From a virus (lineage: Duplodnaviria; Heunggongvirae; Uroviricota; Caudoviricetes), in IMG/VR virus record IMGVR_UViG_3300021142_000006: DNA of 64,000 nucleotides. One strand, written 5' to 3'. This document shows, one piece after another, positions 37,024 through 46,061 of this stretch. Position 1 is the first letter of the stretch; every line of letters begins with the position of its first letter. Under the pieces are notes generated by a model. That model did no database searches. It was not told where the DNA came from and saw nothing but the letters and a program-made list of their open reading frames with translations. Both the position numbers and the translations under genes were made by a program.

Positions 37024-37641
37024 TTACCACATTCTTCCTCTCATAGCAGCTCTGTCAGAAACATCAAATAATGTAAGGTTTCCAGATTTATCGTAGCCTA
37101 AATTCCCATAGTTTACATCAGGTACCCTAATACCAAGTTGTTGACAGCTTCTGTAAATTATGTATAAATCGTTCATGAATTTTTGAATTTTTGGGTCTGA
37201 ATCACCTTCTGAACCATCATACTCTTCTTCATCAAAATTACCGATTTGTGACACATCTAAACCTTGTGTTGTTAGAATCATTTCAGTTCTTTGGAATAAA
37301 TCCTCTATTGAGCTGTCTGTATTAAGTTCTTCCATCACAATATAATATAATGTTGGTTTTTCTTCTTTATACCAACCCCAGTCATATATTTTTACAATAC
37401 CAGGTAAATTTTTACCTTTGATTTGTCCAGCCAGTTCAAATTCACTTGGAGAATTCGTGATTTTTAATACGTTACCATTACCCAAAGAATAGGCATTTCC
37501 ATATTCACCAGAACCGAGCCAATCTATGGAATTGTATTCAATTCCCTCATCATTAAGGAATTTTTCCAGTTTATCTGTATATCCCTCCAATAATTTTATC
37601 ATTCTCTGAATGGCAAATATTTGCTCATTTAAATTCTTCAT
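37024..37641 (-). CDS. protein kinase-like (Ser/Thr or APH fold)
   Basis: LGSGEYGNAY, VLKIT, IVKIYD, IVMEEL, DVNYGNLG, LFDVSD. Confidence 0.75.
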   Translation of the reverse strand: MKNLNEQIFAIQRMIKLLEGYTDKLEKFLNDEGIEYNSIDWLGSGEYGNAYSLGNGNVLKITNSPSEFELAGQIKGKNLPGIVKIYDWGWYKEEKPTLYYIVMEELNTDSSIEDLFQRTEMILTTQGLDVSQIGNFDEEEYDGSEGDSDPKIQKFMNDLYIIYRSCQQLGIRVPDVNYGNLGYDKSGNLTLFDVSDRAAMRGRMW

Positions 37642-37685
37642 AAATATAAATAGTTTAACTTATTTTCAAATATTTATAGATAACT

Positions 37686-38276
37686 ATGAAGTTAACCGAA
37701 CAAATAAATAAAATGAAGGGTATCATGAAAATACTCGGAGAAGATTTGAGTATATCTGAAACATCAGAAAATTATCATAATCAACATCTTGTGGATATTG
37801 AAAATGAATTAAAAAATATTGATATATCTGAAGATTCAAAACTTCATATTACACACGGTGATAATATTATAAAAAAGACTTACAAACAGGATTTTGAAGG
37901 TTTTAAACCGCATGGGTTTTGGTATTCAATTGGTTATTCATGGTTAAATTGGGTTAAATCGGAAATGCCAGACTTTTATGGATACAAAAAACCTATATAT
38001 GTTTTTGAAATAGATACAAGTGCTTGTAATATATTGAAATTATCAACATTTGAAGAAATTGCTGATTTTCATAAAAAATATAGTAGTGCAGATAACAAAT
38101 TAATAGATTGGTTTGAGGTATCTAAAAAATATGATGGTATAGAATTTAACCCATATATTTATAAAGCAAGAAGCTCATTTATGTGGTATTATTCATTAGA
38201 TGTTGAATCTGGGTGCATTTGGAATATGAATAATCTTGAATACAAATTAATATATACAAACGAAAACAAAATTTAA
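37686..38276 (+). CDS. hypothetical phage protein
   Basis: KPHGFWYS...YDGIEF..WYYSLDVESGCIWN. Confidence 0.65.
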   Translation: MKLTEQINKMKGIMKILGEDLSISETSENYHNQHLVDIENELKNIDISEDSKLHITHGDNIIKKTYKQDFEGFKPHGFWYSIGYSWLNWVKSEMPDFYGYKKPIYVFEIDTSACNILKLSTFEEIADFHKKYSSADNKLIDWFEVSKKYDGIEFNPYIYKARSSFMWYYSLDVESGCIWNMNNLEYKLIYTNENKI

Positions 38277-38283
38277 ATAATAT

Positions 38284-40791
38284 ATGGCAAATATAGATTT
38301 TCCAATACCATCATATATAGGTGAAACATATACCTTCGGAACCACAACATGGACTTGGAATGGTTATGCTTGGGTTGGTAGTGGTGGTTCGGCTGGTAGC
38401 GCTGGAACATCTGGTTCAGATGGTTCTTCTGGTACAAGTGGTATGGGTTCTCCAGGTACTGATGGTTCTTCTGGTAGTTCAGGAACAAGTGGTGTTGGTT
38501 TAGCAGGTACTGATGGTTCTTCTGGTAGTTCAGGAACAAGTGGTGTTGGTTTAGCAGGTTCATCTGGAACGAGTGGTGTTGGTTTGAATGGTACATCAGG
38601 TATAAATGGATTACCAGGAAGTTCTGGAACGAGCGGTTTTCATGGTTCATCAGGAACATCTGGAGTAGGTTCGCCAGGTTCTTCTGGTACCTCAGGTTCT
38701 TCAGGTTCTGCTGGTAGTTCAGGAACAAGTGGTGTTGGTTCTGCTGGTACAAGTGGTGCAAATGGTTCCTCTGGAACATCATCTTCTGGGGTATTAAATT
38801 ATCAACAAACTGCTGGTACAAGTGTAACAATAAATAATGGTTCAACAGGAACGGTGATATCTGCACCATCAATCACAACAACAGGTAGACCTGTACAAAT
38901 TATTGTTGCTGGTGATGCTAATAATATAAGTGCTGCTGGTTGGGTAAGATTACAATTATATAGAGACACAACACCTATAGGTAAAGTAATTCAAGGTGAA
39001 TCAAGTTCAGCAAACGAAAATATACCATATGCATTTAATTATATTGACACTCCTTCTGCTGGTTCTTATGTTTATTCTTTAAAAGCAATTACAGTAAGTG
39101 GTAGTAATTTTCAATTTGGTGAGGCAGATGGCCCTGTCATATCTGTTGTTGAGTTAGCAGGTGCTGGTACATCTGGTATAAACGGTACTTCAGGCAGTTC
39201 TGGTTTATCTGGAACAAGTGGAAGTTCTGGTACAAGTGGTGTTGGTTCTGCTGGAACATCTGGTAGTTCTGGTTTATCTGGTACAAGTGGAAGTTCTGGT
39301 ACAAGTGGTGTCGGTTCGGCTGGTACTTCAGGAACAAGCGGTCTTCATGGTTCTTCTGGTACTTCTGGTATTGGTTCATCTGGTACGTCTGGTTTTTCAG
39401 GTAGTTCAGGTACATCAGGCTCTTCTGGTTCATCAGGCAGTTCTGGTTTATCTGGAACAAGTGGTAGTTCTGGTTTATCTGGAACAAGTGGAAGTTCTGG
39501 TACAAGTGGTGTTGGTTCTTCAGGTACAAGTGGTAGAAGGGGTACAGTATGGTTTGAAGGGTCAGCTAACCCATTGGCAACAATACCAGGTCTGATGGAT
39601 GGTGATTTTTATTTACAAACAACAGACAACACTACTTGGCAATTTGCAGCTGGTTCAGCAACATGGTATTTATTAGGTAGTATTGGTGGTACCAGCGGAA
39701 TTAGTGGTACCAGCGGTACCTCAGGTTTTGATGGTACGTCAGGTACAAGTGCAATAGGTACACTACTTTATGGGAAAACAGTGTTTGTTGATGAAGTAAA
39801 TGGTAATAATATGACTGGTAGTGTGGGTGATATGACAAAACCTTATGCATCAATAACAGTAGCTTGTAATGCTGCAATAACAGCATTCGGAACAACAGGT
39901 TATGATTATACCATTCATATATTTTGTGGTACCTATAATGAAACTGTATTTGTTAATACAATACCAAATGGTATGAAATTATCACTATATTTCGAAACAA
40001 ACGCTAAAGCAACATGGAACGTTGTTGGTGGTGGTGGTTCCATTTTTTCACTTGGTGGCGCTGCGTCTTCATTAAATATATCTGGTACTGGTAGATCACA
40101 AAACACAATAGATTTCAAAAATACAAATGGTATAGATACTGGAAACGGTACAGTAACTGTTAGTAATATACAATTGACTTCAGAATCAATTCATTATACA
40201 GCGCCATCTATGAATTGTATAATTAAAAGTAACGCTGGTTCAATAAAAATTGATAATTCAACACTCAATTTCAATTATGGGACACCATCTACTACATACA
40301 TAAGTAATGTAATTTGGTCTATTGGTGCAAATATTTACATAAAATCATCCAAACTTGAAATTAATTCACCTTATCAATTTTATAGAAGTGGGCCAAGCAC
40401 AGTTGTTGGTACATCTACCAACGCTTCATGGTGTATATTTGATGATGTAAGTAATGTAAGTTCTCCATCAAGAATAAGATTACATCAAGTAGTTTTGAGT
40501 AATATCAATACAGGTGGTGGTGGTTTTATTTATACAAACCCAACAACTGCTAATACAGATACTTATGGTGGTATACTATTTGATGATGTATACTTCTATA
40601 GTGCAAATACAAGCCATGATTTATTTACCTTATGGAATGATTCAACTTCATATAAAGATACTTATACGTTAGCAAGTCCTTGTACATCTGGTGGTCAAGA
40701 TCCAGATGGTGTATTGGGTACAACATCTGATTCTTGGTTAGCTAATACATCAACAATATTAACAAATTCTCCAACAGTTGAGGGGTATTGA
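38284..40791 (+). CDS. Gly/Ser/Thr-repeat virion fibre-like protein
   Basis: GSSGTSG repeats separated by globular blocks; C-terminal beta-helix-like region. Confidence 0.7.
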   Translation: MANIDFPIPSYIGETYTFGTTTWTWNGYAWVGSGGSAGSAGTSGSDGSSGTSGMGSPGTDGSSGSSGTSGVGLAGTDGSSGSSGTSGVGLAGSSGTSGVGLNGTSGINGLPGSSGTSGFHGSSGTSGVGSPGSSGTSGSSGSAGSSGTSGVGSAGTSGANGSSGTSSSGVLNYQQTAGTSVTINNGSTGTVISAPSITTTGRPVQIIVAGDANNISAAGWVRLQLYRDTTPIGKVIQGESSSANENIPYAFNYIDTPSAGSYVYSLKAITVSGSNFQFGEADGPVISVVELAGAGTSGINGTSGSSGLSGTSGSSGTSGVGSAGTSGSSGLSGTSGSSGTSGVGSAGTSGTSGLHGSSGTSGIGSSGTSGFSGSSGTSGSSGSSGSSGLSGTSGSSGLSGTSGSSGTSGVGSSGTSGRRGTVWFEGSANPLATIPGLMDGDFYLQTTDNTTWQFAAGSATWYLLGSIGGTSGISGTSGTSGFDGTSGTSAIGTLLYGKTVFVDEVNGNNMTGSVGDMTKPYASITVACNAAITAFGTTGYDYTIHIFCGTYNETVFVNTIPNGMKLSLYFETNAKATWNVVGGGGSIFSLGGAASSLNISGTGRSQNTIDFKNTNGIDTGNGTVTVSNIQLTSESIHYTAPSMNCIIKSNAGSIKIDNSTLNFNYGTPSTTYISNVIWSIGANIYIKSSKLEINSPYQFYRSGPSTVVGTSTNASWCIFDDVSNVSSPSRIRLHQVVLSNINTGGGGFIYTNPTTANTDTYGGILFDDVYFYSANTSHDLFTLWNDSTSYKDTYTLASPCTSGGQDPDGVLGTTSDSWLANTSTILTNSPTVEGY

Positions 40792-40797
40792 TAAATT

Positions 40798-41067
40798 TTA
40801 ATTTTCATTAATTGGCGGTTCCTCAATATCATCTGGTATTCCTAACATTTCTTTTAATTTGTCAAGTTTTTCACCATCAAAATAAAATAAATCATAGTCA
40901 ATACCAACAGTTAATTTGGTTAAACCGAAACTTTCATCGTTTTCCAACTCATCGATAAGACCAATAAGTTCATTATGTTCTGGTTTCTTATCATAAAAAA
41001 CCATGTGCAATATATCCGCTTCTTCTTCATTAAGCGCAATTGCAAAATATGCGTAATCTATTTTCAT
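40798..41067 (-). CDS. acidic hypothetical protein
   Basis: 89-aa ORF. Confidence 0.55.
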   Translation of the reverse strand: MKIDYAYFAIALNEEEADILHMVFYDKKPEHNELIGLIDELENDESFGLTKLTVGIDYDLFYFDGEKLDKLKEMLGIPDDIEEPPINEN

Positions 41068-41068
41068 A

Positions 41069-41527
41069 TTATATAATTACCTCCTCAAGTATTCTTTTAA
41101 ATGTGTTCATGTCAAATTGACCAGAATATAATTTATTAAAATTACCAGTCAACATACCTTTCTTTTTCATTAGATTAGTTTCATTGTTGAATGTAATTGA
41201 TAAATTTAAAAGATTACGTCTAATTTCTTCTTCGGTTAATTGAGCAGGCAAATATTGTTCAAAAACCAACATTTCAGCTTTTTCTTTTTCAGCAAGATCC
41301 ATACGGCCACCTTTTTCAAATTGTTCCATAGAATCTTTACGTTGCTTAATAGCATTCACAATAACTTTCAAAGTATCTTCATCGGATAAGTCAGAAACTT
41401 TCTTAGCTTTTTCAGCCTCAGTGATTTTACTTTTAAGATTATTTAAGGCATCTTTAGCAATTTTTGATTGCTCATCTTTTCCTTTCCATGCGGTGATATA
41501 ATCCGCATTAATTTTTTGTTTTAACAT
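41069..41527 (-). CDS. GatB/YqeY domain protein
   Basis: IKQRKDSMEQFEKGGRMDLAEKEKAEM..YLPAQLTEEE. Confidence 0.88.
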   Translation of the reverse strand: MLKQKINADYITAWKGKDEQSKIAKDALNNLKSKITEAEKAKKVSDLSDEDTLKVIVNAIKQRKDSMEQFEKGGRMDLAEKEKAEMLVFEQYLPAQLTEEEIRRNLLNLSITFNNETNLMKKKGMLTGNFNKLYSGQFDMNTFKRILEEVII

Positions 41528-41542
41528 ATTTTCTAATTTTTT

Positions 41543-41830
41543 TTATGATACAACTTCTTCTTCTTCTTTAGGCATATTTTCTTTTAAAAAATCAATAGCC
41601 ATAATTTTATTTGTGTGCATGAAGATATCCTTACCTTGCTTAGTTGTATAAGCCCCAGATTTATCAATATGTATAAAGATAAAACCATTTTGGAACCCAT
41701 CTATTGTATAATATAAACCTTTATAAGTCCATGCTACATATTTGTTGAGATATTCCGCAACCTTTTGCATCTCTTCTTTTGTGGTACATTTAATTACAAT
41801 ATCTTTATTTTGCATTTCTGCTATCTTCAT
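41543..41830 (-). CDS. hypothetical protein
   Basis: 95-aa ORF. Confidence 0.55.
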   Translation of the reverse strand: MKIAEMQNKDIVIKCTTKEEMQKVAEYLNKYVAWTYKGLYYTIDGFQNGFIFIHIDKSGAYTTKQGKDIFMHTNKIMAIDFLKENMPKEEEEVVS

Positions 41831-42302
41831 CTTGTATTTTCTTTTTGACGTTAGTTAATACTTCACCCAACCAGTTTGTTCCTTTCCAATTTTTTGGATC
41901 TTCAATACCATGATCTGTGTCATACATACCAATACCCCATATAGTATCCTTAGGTGATGCTTCAACAAACATACGGTCACCAGTTTCCAGCATTTCAGCT
42001 TTTAACTTTTTGTTTTGTGTGAACTTAGCATAATTTGCTTCAAACACATAATCCTTACAAACAGCATCCCACTTTTCCTTATTAAAGTTTTTAACTTGCC
42101 TACCAAGCTCTTTTTGGTCGAAAGGATGTGATTCTTCCATAATAAGATCAGCAGTATCCTCATCACCAAATAACATAGCTTTTTTGTACATCATATACTG
42201 TTCGCAACAGTTATACGTTACTCCATCAATTACCATATTAGCACGTTTCCATTGAGAAAATGTACCATTCCAAAAAAACACATATTTGTCCGTTATTCTC
42301 AT
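41805..42302 (-). CDS. NADAR (YbiA-like) hydrolase
   Basis: FSQW...EQYMMYKKAMLFGD..KELGRQV..VEASPKDTIWGIG..GTNWLG. Confidence 0.92.
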   Translation of the reverse strand: MRITDKYVFFWNGTFSQWKRANMVIDGVTYNCCEQYMMYKKAMLFGDEDTADLIMEESHPFDQKELGRQVKNFNKEKWDAVCKDYVFEANYAKFTQNKKLKAEMLETGDRMFVEASPKDTIWGIGMYDTDHGIEDPKNWKGTNWLGEVLTNVKKKIQDEDSRNAK

Positions 42303-42424
42303 AAAATTTGATTATAAAACAAAATTACAAAAGATTACTGATATAACCAAATATTTTCAAAAATAAGAAACCAGAAAATGCATAATAAACTTAATTGGTA
42401 TATTAAACATAATCTGGTTTATTG

Positions 42425-42495
42425 TGCGCCATGAAGGTACTGACCCTTCTTCCACGAGTTAAAAGCTCGTTACTTCACCTTAAAGCTTATAGCGC
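42425..42495 (-). tRNA. tRNA-Lys(UUU), atypical T-loop
   Basis: ACGAG-CUUUUAA-CUCGU; T-loop GUCAGUA. Confidence 0.83.
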
Positions 42496-42503
42496 ATTAT
42501 TAG

Positions 42504-42543
42504 TGACCCCACAGGGACTCGAACCTTGATCCACAGCTTAGAA
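42504..42543 (-). pseudogene. 3' half of a disrupted tRNA-Arg(UCU)
   Basis: UUCUAAGCUGUGGAUCAAGGUUCGAGUCCCUGUGGGGUCA; its acceptor strand pairs with the 5' fragment at 43034..43054. Confidence 0.8.
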
Positions 42544-42583
42544 CTTTTACTTCTAATCCATATATTTATAAATAAAGAAATAT

Positions 42584-42958
42584 ATGAAAGAAAAATTATG
42601 TTCAAGATGTAAACAACCAAAACAAGAGTCTGACTTTTATCATAGAAAAAGTAGAAAAAATAGTGCATTTGGTATGTGTAAAGTATGTTTTAACTCTTAT
42701 TGTGTTCAACGATGGATTGAACGCAAAATAGACGCTATACATTACAAAGGTGACAAATGCGTAGATTGTTCTACTTCTTATCCAGAATATCCATATGTTA
42801 TCTTTGATTTTCACCATTTAGATCCAAATAAAAAAGATATGGATTGGACTAAATTAAGATTACAATCTTGGGATAAAATAACGGATGAACTTGATAAATG
42901 TGTTTTACTTTGTTCTAACTGTCATCGTATACGGCACCATAACGAAATAAAATTTTAG
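42584..42958 (+). mobile_element. HNH endonuclease gene inserted in tRNA-Arg
   Basis: CSRCK..C..C finger; CVDC..FDFHHLDP..CVLLCSNCHRIRH; antisense to the array. Confidence 0.88.
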
Positions 42959-43029
42959 TGCTCCCAAGAGGATTCGAACCTCTATGAAGACTTTAGAAGA
43001 GTCTCGTCCTTCCATTGAACGATGGGAGC
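42959..43029 (-). tRNA. tRNA-Arg(UCU), intact
   Basis: GCUCCCA/UGGGAGC; AGACU-CUUCUAA-AGUCU. Confidence 0.9.
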
Positions 43030-43033
43030 ATAA

Positions 43034-43054
43034 TATCCATTGAGCTATGGAGCC
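43034..43054 (-). pseudogene. 5' fragment of the disrupted tRNA-Arg
   Basis: GGCUCCAUAGCUCAAUGGAUA. Confidence 0.75.
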
Positions 43055-43106
43055 ATTTGTTTTACAAAGATAAGTAATTATTTTTTACTTACCAAATTTA
43101 TTTTTA

Positions 43107-43202
43107 AAAATTACCTCCAGTTAGATCAATGATACGTTCATGTCTACATTGCCTTAATTATTCCGTTAGACAAACGTGTACGGAAGCTGGTTTAGCAATT
43201 TT
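43107..43202 (-). ncRNA. candidate three-way-junction RNA with kissing loops
   Basis: CCAG/CUGG, UUCCGU/ACGGAA and CAAUG/CAUUG stems; the two loops are complementary. Confidence 0.65.
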
Positions 43203-43207
43203 TTTTG

Positions 43208-43279
43208 TACCCCCTGAGAATTTCGAAATCCCAACCTCTTGGATGTAAGCCAAGCGCTCCGCCTTTGAGCTAAAGGGGT
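43208..43279 (-). tRNA. tRNA-Val(UAC)
   Basis: ACCCCUU/AGGGGGU; loop CUUACAU. Confidence 0.87.
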
Positions 43280-43302
43280 ATATATTTGAGATAAACAAAT
43301 TG

Positions 43303-43374
43303 TACCGATGTGGGATCTCGAAACCCAAACCTATCCCATATGAGGGGATCGCTCTTCCTTTGAGCTACATCGGC
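43303..43374 (-). tRNA. tRNA-CAU (elongator Met or Ile2)
   Basis: GCCGAUG/CAUCGGU; AUCCC-CUCAUAU-GGGAU. Confidence 0.82.
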
Positions 43375-43377
43375 ATT

Positions 43378-43640
43378 TGCTGGTATAGCCGCCCATCACC
43401 AGCGTTGTGCTTGCTTTTATAAAGCACTTTATCCGATTCTCCCCTAAGCCCTCAGACGATGCGACATTTCAACGATTAATTACTTCGTTTACTATAAGAG
43501 TTACAGATTTCTCTGTCGTTTTTAATAAGGTTAGGAATAGAGGCTGTTTGGTGCGCATTAGGGGTGTCTCTTCAAACTGTATAACTCAGTCAACCAAACC
43601 TTAGACACTTCATCTATCAACGCTTTTATGCATATTCCTA
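43378..43640 (-). ncRNA. candidate multiply pseudoknotted ncRNA (~260 nt)
   Basis: at least seven complementary segment pairs, several crossing; GC higher than the genome background. Confidence 0.62.
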
Positions 43641-43715
43641 TGGAGCGGTAGAGAGGAATCGAACCTCCGTCTCCTACTTGGAAGGAAGGAGTAATAGCCA
43701 CTATACGACTACCGC
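43641..43715 (-). tRNA. tRNA-Gly(UCC)
   Basis: GCGGUAG/CUACCGC, U73, CCA encoded. Confidence 0.92.
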
Positions 43716-43723
43716 AAATTTAA

Positions 43724-43924
43724 TTAAGCATATGAATCATTATCTTTTTCATCAAAACCGCTTTCCCATGAATGTATTAATTTATTTAAATCATCATAAA
43801 TTTTTATGAGTCCTTTTTTAATTTTTTTAGCGAAACCATGTGCTTCGTGTTTATAATTAAATTCGGATTCTCTATGAGTCAATACACCTTTTTCCCAGGT
43901 ACTTACTTTTACTTTGTGTGACAT
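43724..43924 (-). CDS. hypothetical protein
   Basis: 66-aa ORF. Confidence 0.55.
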   Translation of the reverse strand: MSHKVKVSTWEKGVLTHRESEFNYKHEAHGFAKKIKKGLIKIYDDLNKLIHSWESGFDEKDNDSYA

Positions 43925-43932
43925 ATTCTTTT

Positions 43933-44988
43933 TTATTTAAAATATTCTAACCAAATATCTTTGGTCTTATTAGTATAAATAGTTAGTTCTTTTTGATTCT
44001 TTGTAACATTCAAATTTGGTGATTGATGTGTTAGTAATAAAGCCGCATATATTTCTTCAGTTTGTGTTGCTTTTGCTACAAACCAACTATCAATCCATGG
44101 TATTTCTTTAGATCCAACAAGAGGTACGCCTTGACTTATAATATCAGCACCAACTATGTTAAACGTTTCAGTTATTGAAACTTGCATACCAATATCCATT
44201 TGTGCACAAATATTTGAAAAATCTTCTCTATCTTGCCACCCATGGTTTATTAATTGATGTCCTTTATCAGATAATTGTGAAAAAAATCCAATAAGATTTC
44301 TCATAACAGGTTCACCTTTTTGTTCAACCCTACCACCGTTAACATGGAACCTCAATTTTTTATTGATTGAGTCTGCAAACTTAACAGCAGCGATTGCTTG
44401 CATTATATGATTTTTTAAAGGTCTAACTGCACCAAAACAACCTATATCAATTATATCTTTATCATTTGCTGTATAAGTTTTTGTCTTATAATCTTGTGGA
44501 TAAAAATTTGGTAAATATATAATTCTATTATCCTTTTCAAAATCATCCCAATTCATTTTATACCCAAGATAAAATTTTATCTCATTTAAAGTTCTTGGTG
44601 AATTAACAGCAATTAAAACATTAGGATATGAAATATAATCACCTAACCAATCCATAGCCATTCCCTCGTTTGCAAGAAATGGAATTTCACTATGTAATCT
44701 AATTATCCATTTAACACTTGGATGTAAGTTACAAAGAACTGAGAACTTTGTTGGTACAACCCATAACGCTTCAATAATAACGTGTGTTGGTTTGAACTCA
44801 GTAACTTCTTTATCAATACCATTATTATCAATCACAACAACAATTTTTGTTTCAACCCCACAATCCAAAAGCATTTGATACATGAAGGATGCTGAATTAT
44901 ATAGACCTGTTGTTAATCCAATTTTAGAATCTTTAACTGGATTAAAATCCTCTTTTCTTTTTAAAATAAAAAGCACTCTACATGACAT
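43933..44988 (-). CDS. GT-B (GT4-like) glycosyltransferase
   Basis: GCFGAVRPLKNH...QVSITETFNIVGAD..GVPLV; true start is probably MSCRVL because the longer ORF overlaps tRNA-Gly. Confidence 0.75.
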   Translation of the reverse strand: MSCRVLFILKRKEDFNPVKDSKIGLTTGLYNSASFMYQMLLDCGVETKIVVVIDNNGIDKEVTEFKPTHVIIEALWVVPTKFSVLCNLHPSVKWIIRLHSEIPFLANEGMAMDWLGDYISYPNVLIAVNSPRTLNEIKFYLGYKMNWDDFEKDNRIIYLPNFYPQDYKTKTYTANDKDIIDIGCFGAVRPLKNHIMQAIAAVKFADSINKKLRFHVNGGRVEQKGEPVMRNLIGFFSQLSDKGHQLINHGWQDREDFSNICAQMDIGMQVSITETFNIVGADIISQGVPLVGSKEIPWIDSWFVAKATQTEEIYAALLLTHQSPNLNVTKNQKELTIYTNKTKDIWLEYFK

Positions 44989-45002
44989 ATTATTTATTGT
45001 TT

Positions 45003-45077
45003 TGGAGCAGTAAGGCAGAATCGAACTGCCGTCCTCGCCTTGGCAAGGCGATGTAATAGCCACTATACGACTACTGC
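45003..45077 (-). tRNA. tRNA-Gly(GCC)
   Basis: GCAGUAG/UUACUGC, U73, CCA encoded. Confidence 0.92.
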
Positions 45078-45080
45078 AAT

Positions 45081-45333
45081 TGAGGCGATGCTTCGGTACG
45101 CCTCGGTTCCCTATTCACCCATTTACAGTGACCCCAGTTACCTCTGCTTTTTTATTCTTTTGCTACTAATCAGTTACCAGCTGACCAAGAATTTCAGAAT
45201 CTGTAGATTCAACTCCTTACGAAGAACGCCATGGGTAGCGTTTTTTTTAGTTAAAAACATCTTAACCCAATGTTGTGAGGCTTTCGCCAGGGGAATCCCA
45301 CCATCCATTCGTTTTTTAAAAGGGAATGGAACC
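45081..45333 (-). ncRNA. candidate multi-hairpin ncRNA (~250 nt)
   Basis: GGUUCC/GGAACC closing stem, GGC-GAAA-GCC, GAAUCU/AGAUUC, UCAG/CUGA, terminal GAGGCG/CGCCUC. Confidence 0.55.
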
Positions 45334-45338
45334 TTTTG

Positions 45339-45461
45339 TCATCCTGGATGGATTCGAACCACCGACACACAGTTCTACATATAAAATTTTCACTGCGGAA
45401 CACATTCTCATCAGAATGCTCTTTTTTTTTACCGTTGCTCTACCAACTGAGCTACAGGATG
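45339..45461 (-). ncRNA. tRNA scaffold (Phe-like body) with 57 nt in place of the anticodon loop
   Basis: CAUCCUG/CAGGAUG, GCUC/GAGC, ACGGU/ACUGU, GGUGG-UUCGAAU-CCAUC all intact. Confidence 0.75.
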
Positions 45462-45672
45462 AAATTCCCCCATCTTGAGATTATGGATGAGTAGTTATTT
45501 CGGTTTTCTATTTCTACAAAACCTGCGAGGCATCCCTCATTAAAAGTGCCAACACTACTGGGAAGATTTGTGTGTCATCTTTAACCCCAAGCCGTCCCAC
45601 TCACGCTGACTGACGGTCTGCGAAATCATTTTTAATCTTGATTCAAAGACTCTGAGTATCTCTAACTCATTG

Positions 45673-45793
45673 CGGCGAGATCAGGATTCGAACCTGAACC
45701 TTTTTCTTAATAGGAAATTGTTAGATAGTTAATTTGCAGCATTCATCCACACTGGATGATTCTTTTTTAATGCTGCCGTTACACCATCTCGCC
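45673..45793 (-). ncRNA. tRNA scaffold with the anticodon arm replaced by an insert
   Basis: GGCGAGA/UCUCGCC, D arm and UCAGG-UUCGAAU-CCUGA intact; insert carries the A-tract/hairpin/CUGCAAA module. Confidence 0.72.
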
Positions 45794-45852
45794 TTGTTAT
45801 ACAATAGTAATAAACATTGTTAATAAAAGCAAATTATTATTGTAATTTTTTT

Positions 45853-45927
45853 TGGAGGACACACTCAGAACCGACCTGAGAACTCATGCTTACAAGGCAA
45901 GTATTTTTCCAGCTAAACTATGCGTCC
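45853..45927 (-). tRNA. tRNA-Thr(UGU), atypical T-loop
   Basis: loop CUUGUAA; T-loop GUCGGUU; CCA encoded. Confidence 0.83.
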
Positions 45928-46061
45928 ATTACAACTTTTAAATTATCCCCAGAGTTGTGAACTGTGCTGGCATACGATCCAGAAGTTTAGTGGCTTGTTC
46001 TCGGATGATTAATCCGATATTAGACTTTCTTATCTTCGATCCCTTGGCCTTTGGGCTTTTG

